From positions 62,310,001 to 62,374,000 of the forward strand of contig OX597819.1 of the NCBI GenBank assembly GCA_951406725.2: a DNA stretch of 64,000 nt, given 5' to 3'. The notes beneath the pieces were generated by a model. The model did no database searches and was not told the DNA's origin. It saw only the letters and a program-made list of their open reading frames with translations. The position numbers and the translations under genes are program-made. This document shows, in pieces, positions 14,077-28,385 of this stretch. This DNA is from Octopus vulgaris. Its lineage: Eukaryota. Within the stretch, counting starts at the first letter, position 1. Each line of letters starts with the position of its first letter.

Positions 14077-14470
14077 GCGTACGTGTTTATACACAAAAGA
14101 GGTGACCTTTAACAGGACACCTTACAAGCTAAAGGTCATCTCTTTTGTGTATAAATACGTACATTATATTATATGAAAAATATGTTGTCTATTAACGCTA
14201 TTATGCATGCTGGTCACCGGTAGAAAATCTCTAAATCTCAAACTTTTTTACTCACAAGAGTAAACAAAAGAGACAGAGACAGGCAGAAACAAGGAAAATG
14301 CCCCTTGTATTTGAATACTAATGCAAATATTCTTTTAAAAAACTTTTTATATAATTTTTCCAAAATTTAATTATTTTCTATACTTACAGTTGAAAAAGTC
14401 TCAATGACTGAAACCGGTACTGAAATGTTTTCTATAAAATTATTGTAGCATTTACTACTTTGACTTTTCC

Positions 14471-14524
<54 letters not shown>

Positions 14525-14817
14525 CATCACTAAACCAGAAATCGATCTATGGCTAAACCTTTTCAAAAGTCTATTTTGTTTATTCCCACGCGTTCGGCCC
14601 GTGTCTATGTGATAAATGAAGCAGTTTAGAGCCATTTGGCGTCGTCTTCTTCTAGCATGTGGCATTACATGGTAGTTGCCTTTATTATAATTTTATAATT
14701 ATATTTATAAAATCATATATTTTTTATTAATTTTTACCTTAATAGGTTTTTACGTGCAATAGACTTGATAAAATCCGATATAGATTTTATCTTTCATTAT
14801 AATTGATATGTATATAA

Positions 14818-14863
<46 letters not shown>

Positions 14864-15030
14864 GTATAAAGGCGCGTGGCTTAGTTGTTAGGGTATTAGA
14901 CCCAAGATGGTAAGCTCATGAGTTCAATTCTCAGCGTCGCATTGCGTCTTTGAGCAAGAAAAACTTTACTTCATATTGCTCCAGTCCACTCAGCTGGAAA
15001 AAATGAGTTGTACCTGTAATTCAAAGGAAT

Positions 15031-15222
15031 GTAGGAAAATCTGATGCTGGGAAAGAAGTTCAAGTAGAAATTTCTCCTAACGAACAAAATCCACATTTTC
15101 ATTCTGCTGGTTTGACCTACGCCAACCTACGGCCTTCCAGAAACATCTGATAACAAGTGAACTTAAAGCAGACGACAACGCAAGTCGCATTCTTTCGCCA
15201 CTCCTTATCTCACAACTCCATC
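15031..15222 (+). repeat. Unclassified interspersed repeat; further copies at 16547-16830 (+) and about 19700-19910 (-)
   Basis: Shared GTAGGAA.ATCTGA.GCTG.GAAA.AAGTTCAA.TAGAAATTTCTCCTAAC...TTCTTTCGCCACT. Confidence 0.7.
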
Positions 15223-15392
15223 ATTTCTTGTCGCATTTTGTGTCACGCTGACTCTCCTTGAGAACTACGCCAAGAGCACACCTGTCTGTGGAGTGCTCGG
15301 TCACATGCCCGTTAATTTCACGAGCAAGCTTTTCCGTTGATCGAACCAGCTAGAGAACACATCGTCGTAACCGACGGTGTGATAATTATATA

Positions 15393-15444
<52 letters not shown>

Positions 15445-16116
15445 ACGCACGCAGGTACTTGCGCACACACGCACAAACACACACATACTTACATACATAC
15501 ATATATACATACATATATATATGCACATATATATCATTTGTGAAATAAAACAATTGTAGGTGAATATGTTAATTAATTAATTAATTAATTAATTAATTAA
15601 TTTGTATCCATTAGATCTCTCTGTTTTCAAACTCAATAATAATATCTGATATTTTACGATATTTTATATAATATTTTTATTTAAGAAATATTTCTTCAAA
15701 ATACAATATATTAAACCAGTGTGTCTAAGATAAAAATTTCCCTATAAGAGGTCTAAATATCCTCATTGTGACTATTATTATGGGCAGTTATCAAAGCTTG
15801 AATTCTATGAAGTATGGGCTCATACAAAGATTGAATTGTTTCCAAAGGAATTTTTGTCCCCTCTTCAGCTAAAACAGTCTCCAGTTCTACAAGTTCTCTT
15901 TCTCTCTCTCTCTCTATATATGAATTTGTTTAAAATATGAAGGTGTTTCCATTATTTTGTTTGAAATATTAAGGTGTTTCCATTATTTTATCCAACCTCT
16001 GTATATATAATTAATTACTCGAAAAAAGAAAACGAAGGAAAAACAAGAAAAAAAAACAACAGCGCGAGGACGTAGTACATGCAAAGTATTAGCACACGCT
16101 CAGGGAAGGAAAGGTG

Positions 16117-16152
16117 GTTTTACGTTTCGAGCAAAGCTCTTCTTCAGAGACA
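16117..16152 (-). ncRNA. Minimal hammerhead ribozyme motif
   Basis: Minus strand reads GTCT-CTGAAGA-A-GAGCTTTGCTC-GAAA-CGTA-AAAC: intact core, 4-bp stem II, one mismatch in stem I. Confidence 0.6.
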
Positions 16153-16965
16153 AGAGACAGAGGAAAGTCCAAGATAAAAGGAAGACGGAGGAAATGTATA
16201 CATATATGATTGGCATTCCGTTCAGGATGAATGTTCGACTGCCCACCAAGCCAGCGTGGAGGCATTATTCGAAAGTTACAATAATGGGAGGAAGCGCATT
16301 GTGACCAGTGGTGTTTAACAATATCAAATGGTTTGGTCCATACAGTGATATTTATGAACATAAAAGCATATAGGCTTTAGAAAGTCTCAGTTCTTCAAAA
16401 TGCTACGCAGTGTTACCGTCCCCAAGACCTCTTGGTTTGGAAGAGAATTCTTTAACCATTCAAGCATACTGCCCATACACTGGTATATATGTATGTATGT
16501 ATAATTGTGCACAACCATATTTATCACGTTCGTTTACACTCGAACGTAGGAAGATCTGACGCTGAGAAACAAGTTCAAATAGAAATTTCTCCTAACAAAC
16601 AAATCTACCTTTTCATTCTGTTGGTTTGACCTATACGACCTTCTAGAAACTTCTGATAACAAATGAACTTAAGTAGACGACAACGAAGTCACATTCTTTC
16701 GCCACTTCTTATCACAACTCCATAACTTCTTCAACTTTGCACCAATCAGCTAGGAAGAGTGCACCAAAACAACAAAGCAGCGCCTGAAAAATCCACAAAA
16801 AGTATTCTTGCCAGCGATAGCAGGAAATGTAATCATTGCCAACTCAGCAACATAAATATATCACATACACTATAGACAAAAAGTAGTGGGATGGATGTTA
16901 CAGATGATATTTCTACTTTATTAGCAACCAATTTAGAAGAGGTAGGAGATATAAGAAACCATTGC

Positions 16966-17052
<87 letters not shown>

Positions 17053-17053
<1 letters not shown>

Positions 17054-17480
17054 GCGCAGGAGTGGCTGTCTGGTAAGTAGCTTGCTTACTAACCACATGG
17101 TTCCGAGTTCAGTGCCACTGCGTGGCACCTTGCGCAAGGGTCGTCTACTATAGCTTCGGGCCGACCAAAGCATTGTAAGTGGATTTGGTAGAATGGAAAC
17201 TGAAAGAAGCCTGTCGTGTATATATATATATATGTATATATATATATGTGTGTGTGTGTATGTATATGCTTGTGTGTCTGTGTTTGTCCCCCCAGCATCG
17301 CTTGACAACCGATGCTGCTGTGTTTACGTCCCCGTCACTTAGTTGTTCGGGAAGGGAGACCGATAGAATAAGTACTAGGCTTACAAAGAATAAGTCCTGG
17401 GGTCGATTTGCTCGACTAAAGGTGGTGCTCCAGCATGGCCATAGTCAAATGACTGAAACAAGTAAAAGAGTAGAAGAGTA
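17053..17480 (+). mobile_element. Full-length family A SINE (tRNA-like head, internal TA/TG microsatellite, 3' half, AAGAGT tail)
   Basis: Head GGCGCAGGAGTGGCTGT.TGGTAAG (A box-like) and GAGTTCAGT.CC (B box-like). About ten full or partial copies occur in the window. Confidence 0.85.
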
Positions 17481-18110
17481 TGAACCTTAGCATTCAGTTT
17501 ACAATGGAATATAGCAAAGAACAGCTCCCTTACTTAGATATTCTGATAAACCAAATTGTAATTGACATTTATCATAAACCAACGGACTCGAAGCAATATC
17601 TACCGCTTAGCTCATGTCTCCCGAAATACACCAAAAGAAATATGCCCTTTAATTTGGCGAAAAAGATTTGCACAATAGTGTCAGATAGAAATAATCGGGA
17701 CCTCCGTCTCCAAGACCTCAGAACCCTGACTGAGAAACAATATCCACTCTTACTTATAAACAATGGAATTAAGCGTGCCAAGAAATTAGGCATTAAAACA
17801 ATATGGGAAACAAAACTAAACACCACACCTCACCTCAAAATACTACTGTATATATCAACTCACAACCGTAGGAACAATGTGGCATACAACCCTATTGTAG
17901 AAAATCTACCAAGGCTCACTAGGGATCCAAAAATGAACATTCTGAAAATACATAAATTCATCAAATGTAAAAAGCAACCCAAATCGCTGAAAATCTTCTG
18001 ACAAATGCGAAGCTTTAAACAACAACCACGAAACCAACGGTTAAAAATGTGGATGTCCAAACTGTGAAACATACCCCCAAATTACTGGAAGGCTCGTAAT
18101 TCCAATTCAA

Positions 18111-18144
<34 letters not shown>

Positions 18145-18455
18145 TCGCAATTAAGACCAACTTCACCTACGCATCCAAGAATTTAATTTATGTTATAACT
18201 TGTCCAGGTTGTGGACATAAGTATATAGGACAGACAAGTATGGCACTTAGACGGGGAACCATACTACATAAGGAACAGATCTGCTTCCTAAAGTATACAC
18301 AGAAACATTTGAACACATACAAAGATGTGCAGGAAATCTCCAACCAAATTTCACAGTTTTCCCCTTTTACCAGTGCAAAGAAGCAATTTCTGCACAAGAA
18401 TATTTAAATTAGGAAAATTTATTTATCGAAAAATGCAGAACATGCTTAAATATGA
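17480..18455 (+). mobile_element. Penelope-like fragment (RT thumb plus GIY-YIG), degenerate
   Basis: IQFTMEYSKEQLPYLDILI...DIYHKPTDSKQYL...S, then IYVITCPGCGHKYIGQTS...LH at about 18187-18270. Interrupted by (GA)n. Confidence 0.85.
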
Positions 18456-19016
18456 ACGTATAATCAACTTTGGTGTGAGTATATATTTTAATTTATGATC
18501 ACATATGCATCACTATACATATTTCATCTCACTATTTTAACTTGTGAATTTTTGTATACTTATTTATGTCACCCCTATAATAAGCAATTACCTCCCCTGT
18601 CCTCAATAATAGCTATCACCAATTACTTCCCCTTAGATTTTTCTGCTGGTTGATTTATTCACAAATAAATCTGAAGAAAATACGAAACACATAGAGAGAC
18701 GAAAAACATAGACACAAACCAAGGAACAAGACAAGCAAAAAAAGGAAATACAGGACAATAAGCACAACGAAAAATCCCCTTCTTCAGTCGCTAAAGTTTC
18801 ATCTACTAAACGTTTCGAAGGATATATATATATATTGCCTTACAACTCACTATGTGGTGATAATCGAAATTCTCTTTCTCCCTTTTCTACCTACATACTA
18901 TATATATATATACATATACATATATATACGCACACACGGGGTGTTCAAAAGGTCATAAGCGCCATGGTGATGCGCATGATGAAAAGAAATCACAGGGGAG
19001 AGAATTTTTGAACATC

Positions 19017-19550
<534 letters not shown>

Positions 19551-19553
19551 GAT

Positions 19554-19591
<38 letters not shown>

Positions 19592-20091
19592 ATATGTGTG
19601 TGTGTATGTGTGTGTGCGCGCGCGTGTGTGTGTGTTTGGGTGTGTGTGTATGTATATGATTTGTTTATGTTACTGAGGATGACAGATGACTATAGTTACA
19701 CTCCTTTCGCTGGTAGGAATAATTGCAGTGGATTCGTCAGGCGCTACTTTCTGTTTGTTGTTTTGCTGCACTGGTTGGTGCAAAGTCGAACAAATTGTGC
19801 GTTTGTGAGGAGGAGTGGCGATCGTTGTCATCTGATCTGCGTAAGTGCACATACGTTGACGATTTTCTGGAAGGTCATGGGGGTACAGATGAAACAGGAT
19901 GAAAGGATGGACTCTTTGCGCTATTCTTTTTTGGTGAGTTTCAGATTCTAGATCTGTTGTTGTCCAATATGAACATAGGTTTGGCGATCAGAAACGTAGT
20001 TTGTTTAGCGAAAGATATATGTTGTTTATCAAGCTAAAAAAACCCAAAAAACACGTGAACTATCGTCTTGTATGTTGAGTTCTTAATCATA

Positions 20092-20254
20092 AGCGCAGGA
20101 GTGGCTTTGTGGTAAGAAGCTTGCTAATCGACTACATGGTTTCCGGTTCAGTCCTACTGCGTGGCACCTTGGGCAAGTGTCTTCAACTATACCCTTGGGC
20201 CAACCAAAGCATTGTGAGTGAATTTGGTAGACGGAAACTGAAAGAAGCCCGTCG

Positions 20255-20312
<58 letters not shown>

Positions 20313-20512
20313 TGTTTGTCACCCCATCATCGCTTGACAACTAATGCTGGTGTGTTTATGTCCCCGTAACTTAGTAATTCGGTAAAAGACACCTATAGGA
20401 TAAGTACTAGGCTTAAAAAGAATAAGTCTTGGAGTCGATGAGTTCGACTAAAAGCGGTGCTCCAGTATGGCCGTAGCCAAATGACTAAACCGGATAAAAT
20501 AATAAAAGAATA
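20092..20512 (+). mobile_element. Family A SINE
   Basis: Matches 17053-17480 along its length. Confidence 0.8.
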
Positions 20513-20809
20513 AAGAAGATGTAGGTTCGGTCCCTTGACAGGGTGATGAATCGAGTCCTTGTGCAAGGCATTTTCTTTCACGTTGCTCCTTTTTGCTAAG
20601 CTGAAATGAGTAGCAGACCAATACTGGGGCATAGTTCTCTCTCTAAGAGTCACATCTTCGATGTTTTGTAAGAATAAGGATGGCAAATACCGAAAAGATA
20701 CCCGTTTGCACACGAAGATGTAGGAATCTAAAAATATTCATCAAAAACGTGAAACATGGTACCAAGTAATATTTGTTTGCAAACGACCGACGGCTATGGG
20801 TAATTTTTC

Positions 20810-20849
<40 letters not shown>

Positions 20850-20924
20850 GAAAAATTATATATATAAAATATATATATATGTATATGGTACCAAGTATAT
20901 ATCTTTTATATATATATATATATA

Positions 20925-21659
20925 CTAGCAGTATCGCCCGGCGTTGCTCGGGTTTGTAAGGGAAATAACTATAAAGCATTTTTAGAGAGTTATAGCCAAA
21001 AAATAGCAAAAAAATGGAAAAAAAATTTTTGAGAGTTAAAAAGGTGGAGTTGCGTCCCCTAGACGGTCTGTGGTTTGGGTTTCTGATTCTTGACCCCCAT
21101 GTCGAATTTATCGATTTTTTCAAAACTGGGGGAACTTTTCAAAATTTTCGCTGCGTTAGTTTTGAATTATGACATTGGGCTATGTGTGTGTCAAGTTTCA
21201 TCAGAATCGGTTGAAAGCCGTGGTCAGAGTGAGGGTACGAGAAAACAGACACACAGAAAACGCACAGACAAACTGCCGTTTATATATATATACTAGCAGT
21301 ATCGCCCGGCGTTGCTCAGGTTTGTAAGAGAAATAACTATAAAGCATTTTTAGAGAGTTATTGCCAAAAAATAGCAAAAAAATGGAAAAAAATGATGGTA
21401 AATTTTTTTTGAGAGTTAAAAAAGGTGTAGTTGCGTCTCCTAGACAGTTTGTGGTCTGTGTTTCTGATTCTCGACCCCATGTCGAATTTATCGATTTTTT
21501 TCAGAACTGGGGGAACTTTTCAAAATTTTCGCTGCGTTAGTTTTGAATTATGACATTGGGCTATGTGTGTGTCAAGTTTCATCAGAATCGGTTGAAAGCC
21601 GTGGTCAGGGTGAGGGTACAAGCAAACAGACACACAGAAACACGCACAGACAAACTGCC

Positions 21660-21665
<6 letters not shown>
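20925..21665 (-). mobile_element. Tandem pair of non-autonomous Helitrons (20925-21285, 21293-21665) within (TA)n
   Basis: On the minus strand each ends ...CC.GAGCAACGCCGGGCGATACTGCTAG|T (subterminal hairpin plus CTAG). The two copies are near-identical direct repeats. Confidence 0.8.
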
Positions 21666-21756
<91 letters not shown>

Positions 21757-21792
21757 GTATATATATATACATATATATATATATACATATAT

Positions 21793-21824
<32 letters not shown>

Positions 21825-22130
21825 CATATATATATACACAAATATATATACATACATATATATACATATATATATACAAATATATATATATATACATATA
21901 TGTATACATATATATATATGTATATATATATATAAATATGTTTGTGTGTAATTAAATATATGTAATTATATATATATATATAATATGTATATATATATAC
22001 ATATATATACACATATATATACATATATATATATATAAACATATATATATATACACAAATATATATACATACATATATATACATATATATATATACATAT
22101 ATATATACAAATATATATATACATATATGT

Positions 22131-22172
<42 letters not shown>

Positions 22173-22759
22173 ACATATATATATACATGTATATATATAT
22201 ACATGTATATATATACATATATGTATATATATATATATGTATATATATATAAATATGTTTGTGTGTAATTAAAAGAAAACAGTAAATTGAGAAATATTGA
22301 TGAACAACAATTGGTTTACGTCAATTTTTTATTACTTCAATACAAATACACTGCATTCCTTCTAACAGCTGTTTCTGTTTCCAATGTTGTATGGTATTGC
22401 AATTATAGGCAAAAATATTTGTCATATTCGATAATAAAACCAGCTGAAACACGGAGCTTCAGCAGAGTGAAGAAGAACTAAAGAAGAGCATAGAGAAGAA
22501 AAAAAGGGAAAAGTTGAATATGGTTGTAATATGTTGAATATACTTAGGTATCTCTTTGGGACGTTACGTAAATGACTAAACCAAAATTGCAATTTGTGAC
22601 TTAATCCTTTGTATTGGGGTAGGAGATAGGATGGATAAATAATAAAAAATAAAAAGTAATTGTGGGATACGCCAACAGGTTTTAGTCGGAGAAGGGGTGA
22701 AGGTACAATAAGGGTTTAGATTAATCATTATAATTTTTATATATATATATATATATATC

Positions 22760-23110
22760 CAGGGTGCCCCCAAAATTTTGACATCATTTGAGATGTTCAA
22801 AACGCAGTGACTACGTGGTTATGAGAAATGAAACTTAATAGACTTAATTTTGAACATAACAAGTTTTGTTCTACAGATTATATTGTTCTAAAGTTATCAC
22901 GGTTCTTTGAGATGCTGCAGAATACATTCATTTTTGGTGAGTTATTTTCGTGTTCAGTTGTGTCATGTGGATTTTCTTCATCTTAAATGCGAACATTTTG
23001 TTTGTTCACTTTGCCATTCGTATGGAATGTGGCCTTGTCGCTGAAAACGAGACGGTTTTCAAAGGTGTCAGCTTTTACCTGATTCCAATACATCTTGGTA
23101 CTTCAATCGA
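22760..23110 (-). mobile_element. Tc1/mariner-superfamily transposase remnant
   Basis: Minus strand reads RLVFSDKATFHTNGKVNKQNVRI*DEENPH. A CAGGGTG terminus is at about 22760. Confidence 0.65.
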
Positions 23111-23229
23111 GTTTACGTTTTATTAAAAAAAGGAAAAACATTTTAATAAAATGGGGCAATAGAAAAGTTTGTAAAAGGAATTATTTGCCTATTTGTGATT
23201 ATTCGATTTAGTGTTGATTCAATCAATAC

Positions 23230-23882
23230 CCGGCCGGTGGTCGAAAATAATGTAAAGGATGAATCGTCCGAGAAAATAACATTCTTCCAGTGTTCTAGGG
23301 AAAATTCTGTTGGATTTTACACCACTCTACACGCTTTGCAACGTTTGTTTTTGAAAGTAGTGGTTTTCTGATTGTAGCCCTCCCGTGAAATCCGGTTTGT
23401 GCAGCTCCCGGCGAACAGTTTTTGCGGAAACTGGGTTCTGGAGGTGGTCATTAAGCTCTGCAGTAATTTGGGGAGCTGTACTTTTGTGATCTTTTCTAAC
23501 AATTCGCGTAAGAGTCTGACGGTCCCTATCTGAAAGTTCTGGTTTCCTTCCAGAGTTTTGTTTCGATGAGGAGGTTTTTGCCTCTTTCTCAAAGGCTGTC
23601 ATTACTTTCGAGACAGTACTTCTTGATACACCAAATAATTTAACCCTTTTGAAAGCACCAACAATTTTACCCCTTTGAAAGTTCGATAGATCTGTCATTT
23701 TAATTACCTTTTTCTGATGATATCTGAAAAGGAACAGCAATTATAGCAAAACATATTAAGCAGCACTAATTATAAATCAAAATAAAAAACATGAAAATAA
23801 ACAAGCTTTTGACAGTTTTATAGACATTTCACAATGATGATGCTATGATGCTAGGTGTTTCTATTATTTTGTCCAACCACTG
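23230..23882 (-). mobile_element. Truncated Tc1 element (5' half), same family as 53386-54639
   Basis: ORF 23327-23740 MTDLSNFQRGKIVGA...VSRSTVSKVM. TIR GGTGTTTCTATTATTTTGTCCAACCACTG|TA. Confidence 0.85.
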
Positions 23883-23932
<50 letters not shown>

Positions 23933-24434
23933 TGTATGTATGTATGTATGTATGTATGTATGTATGTATGTATGCATGCATGTATGTATGTACGTATGCA
24001 TGTATCATCATACAGACTCCAAAGCTTCTGTTGTTCGTCAGCTGCATTCTATAGTCAAATCGATAAAAATGCACAGAAAACTTACCGTGGTGAGGAAAGT
24101 CCTGCTTTGTTATAACCCTTTCTCAGAAGAAGGACTCTTTCCGAAACGTTAGATTTTACAACCTCTACGGGCAAGTTTACTGTCTTCTGTTTTCAATTTT
24201 ATTACATAGACACACCCTCGCACATCCCCCACAAACATACACACAGACAATGATATGACAAAACGAAATGTTGTTTTATAATACTTTAATCTTATCATTT
24301 TGAAGTTACGAAAACTTACAGTGTACAAATATGATATCACCGGCACAAAAGAAAACAATATACAGAAAAGGAAAAACAACAAAATGCAACAAAAATGAAA
24401 ACTGGTAATAATAATGATAATAATAATAATAATG

Positions 24435-24495
<61 letters not shown>

Positions 24496-24683
24496 TGATT
24501 ATTTTAGAACGAGATAAATTTTTACTGTTCAGTAGGTATTTGTTATATACTCAGGTAGATTATTTGTGATTAATAAGCAGATGGCGTGAGGATGTATTTT
24601 CTATATTTTCGTTTACACGCCATATTCTGTTATCACTTGTGTGTGTGTGTGTATGCAAGATTTCAAGCGTGTGTTTGTGTAAG

Positions 24684-24720
<37 letters not shown>

Positions 24721-25139
24721 GTATATATATGATATATATATATATCTGTAATTATATGAAATTATATATGTACAAAATTATATATATAACATTATATATA
24801 ATTATATACATACATATTTATAAAACTGTATATATATATAATTATATTTAATATATATAGTATATTTATGTTTAATTATATTTAATATTTATAGTTATAT
24901 ATAATTATATATATATTTCAAAAAATTAACAAAAACACAACGGAAATTTCTACAAAAACGTATCAAAGAGAACATTCGTAATTTATTCCTCATCAAAATC
25001 GAAAAGATCATTATACACAGACAGACAGACACACAGACAAACCGACACACACACACACACGCACACACACACACACATACACACACATACAGACACATAA
25101 ATTACGTAACAGAATGGCTGTTTATAAATATATAAACAT

Positions 25140-25211
<72 letters not shown>

Positions 25212-25945
25212 AAATATATATATATATACCAGGTGGTGCTATTAAGTTAGACATGGCCTGGGCCAATAATGGCCGAAACCTATCAAAGTATCAAAGTATC
25301 AAAGTATATATATATATGTAAAAAAGTTGAATTAGATTCGTCGATTAATTTGAAGGTTTCCAAAAAAAGATTTCTAATATAGATTCTTCATATTTTGCTG
25401 CTAGCTTACTGGCGTAAAATTGCGAATATGAAAGTATAACTTGTATATGGTGTGTTGTGAATTTATGGAAAAATATCCCGGGATTTCTTTCCATAAATTC
25501 ACAACACACCATATACAAGTATTACTTTCATATATATACATACACACATTAAATTATTTTAATTGTAAATTTAACCAGAGTATATTCAGTACTGAATTTT
25601 TATTCCGAATAAGCACGTTGTCACCGAAATGCAATTCGAAAAAGCCCGCCATTTACATAGATGTGTTAAGGGTGCACATTTCTATATGCTACATTGGATA
25701 CATTGGTTGTTCGTCTGGTATGTTTAATTGTTCATTCGTTATAAATCTTGAATTATGCTTGCACTGAGGAGTAAAAAGTGCAATACTGCACTAATTATGA
25801 AATCACGGTGATATGCAGCTAAATTCTGTTTTTAAATGACTTGCTTCGAAAGTTGCATTCGGTACGATGTGTTTGTTTATTTTGGTAGTTTTGACTTTAA
25901 GAGTCTCTCCTAGCGTGGCATTTATGTATATTAATGCCCTCTATA

Positions 25946-26016
<71 letters not shown>

Positions 26017-26466
26017 TAAGTTCTAACAGCGTCAGCAAGTTTATCACGTGATTATGATGTCATAGAGTTTCTTTGTCCTTCCATCATTCCAATCTGCAAT
26101 CACATCATTGTGGCGACGGCAAAAATATAAATAAATAAAAGGAAGAAAAAGAGAAAGAAAATAAGAGAGATCAGTACTTAAGTGAACTAAGTTTAAAGTA
26201 AAGTAAAAAAGGTTGACTGAAATAAAAAAAATGTAACGTTAACAGAATAAGCAATAACAATTACAAAACAGAAAATGTTACGAAATATTTTTGAGGAAAA
26301 TGGAAAACTTAAAAGTGTTAAAATAAACATCTCGATGATGTAAGCAGGACTTTGCTGACTTTTTTAATTAATTTACGTATCCTATATCCGGGTTACTCAT
26401 CACGTGGTGCTTATGTTAAAAATAGCTGTTTTTATAATTCTCCCAAGTTCCAGAACCTTATTTCTG

Positions 26467-26562
<96 letters not shown>

Positions 26563-26587
26563 TTATATCTATCTATCTATCTGTCTG

Positions 26588-26638
<51 letters not shown>

Positions 26639-26661
26639 GTCTGTCTGTCTGTGTGTGTGTG

Positions 26662-26753
<92 letters not shown>

Positions 26754-26768
26754 TCTGTGTGTGTGTGT

Positions 26769-26824
<56 letters not shown>

Positions 26825-26870
26825 ATATCTATCTATCTATCTATCTGTCTGTCTGTGTGTCTGTCTATCA
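26467..26870. repeat. (TCTA)n/(TCTG)n compound microsatellite
   Basis: Direct reading. Similar tracts at 49673-49745 and 57636-57900. Confidence 0.95.
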
Positions 26871-28107
26871 ATTTATACATATCTATATCAGATAATCATA
26901 GAATCACGTTACCAATCAATCAATCAATATAGCTATTTCCCTTTCAGTTCTGGACAGCAATGGACTCTTCAATACTTTCGAGGAGTAATCATGCTGTTTT
27001 AATGTACTTTTTACATCAATAAAAATTAACTTTCATTTAAGAGAAGTGCACCGGAGAACGTTTGCTTGCTTGATCCTTTCTTGGGAGCTGACAAAACTGT
27101 TGCCGCACAAATGTGATTCGATCACCGACACCTTTTGACTGCAACCGTTTAAAAGTTTATTAAATCCAAGGCCGATACGAACTGGCTTATTAACCAAACG
27201 TTCAAATAGTTCTTGTAGTATTGTGTCAATGGCCGTGTCGCAGTTGTGCAACAACTATACTGACAATATATAATATAGATTTAAGGAGAATTTAACAGTT
27301 TGGATGTTATTAAATAACTAAAGTGGGTCTTCTTTCGTTGGAGTTGAAATTCTAATATAATTTGAATGAAATTCTGCGATAGATTTATGCAGTGCCAATG
27401 AATAACTTTCAAATATCTATTGATGTAAAGAGCAGGTTAGAATAAAATCTAATATACCTCGGAAGTATTGAACAGGTTAGAAACAAAGTAAAGAATTATC
27501 ATTCGTGTATAACAAAGAACCCTAGGCGAATGTCTTACTGTATATAAACTTCTCTAAAGCTTATGTATACGGTAGATGCAGACATGGCTGTGCAATTAAG
27601 AAGTTCACCTTCTAATCATGCAGTTCTGTGTTCAGTGCCTTGTACAATAGCTTATGGCCGACCAATACCTTCTGAGGAAGGCCATCGTATATTATTATAT
27701 ATACATATCTTTTGTTTTCTGTTCATTCGAACATTATACATACATACATACATACATACATACATACATACATACATACATACATACATACATACATACA
27801 TACATACATACATACATACATGCATACATACATATATATATATATATATATTTTTGTGTGTGTGTGTGTGTATCATACGCGTATGTTTGTATGTATTTAT
27901 GAGTCTTTGTGTTTGTGTTCTCCGCGCTCCACACACCGGTGCTTAGCGGGTCGGCAAAGCACTTCAACAAAATAAGTACCACAGTTGAAAAAATACACTG
28001 GGGGCGACTAAAACCTTTCAAGGTGGTGCCCCGCAGTTGCGACGCAGAATACTTAAACCGAATACATCCTATATATATGTACGTATATATATATATATAT
28101 ATACACT

Positions 28108-28232
<125 letters not shown>

Positions 28233-28266
28233 TTATATATATATATATATATTTATATACATATGT

Positions 28267-28381
<115 letters not shown>

Positions 28382-28385
28382 ATCC

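Noticed and set aside
21660-22250. Long YIYI ORFs here and at 31.5-32, 40.3-40.5 and 56.5-56.8 kb
   Set aside because: Microsatellite artefacts; tract lengths may also be unreliable.
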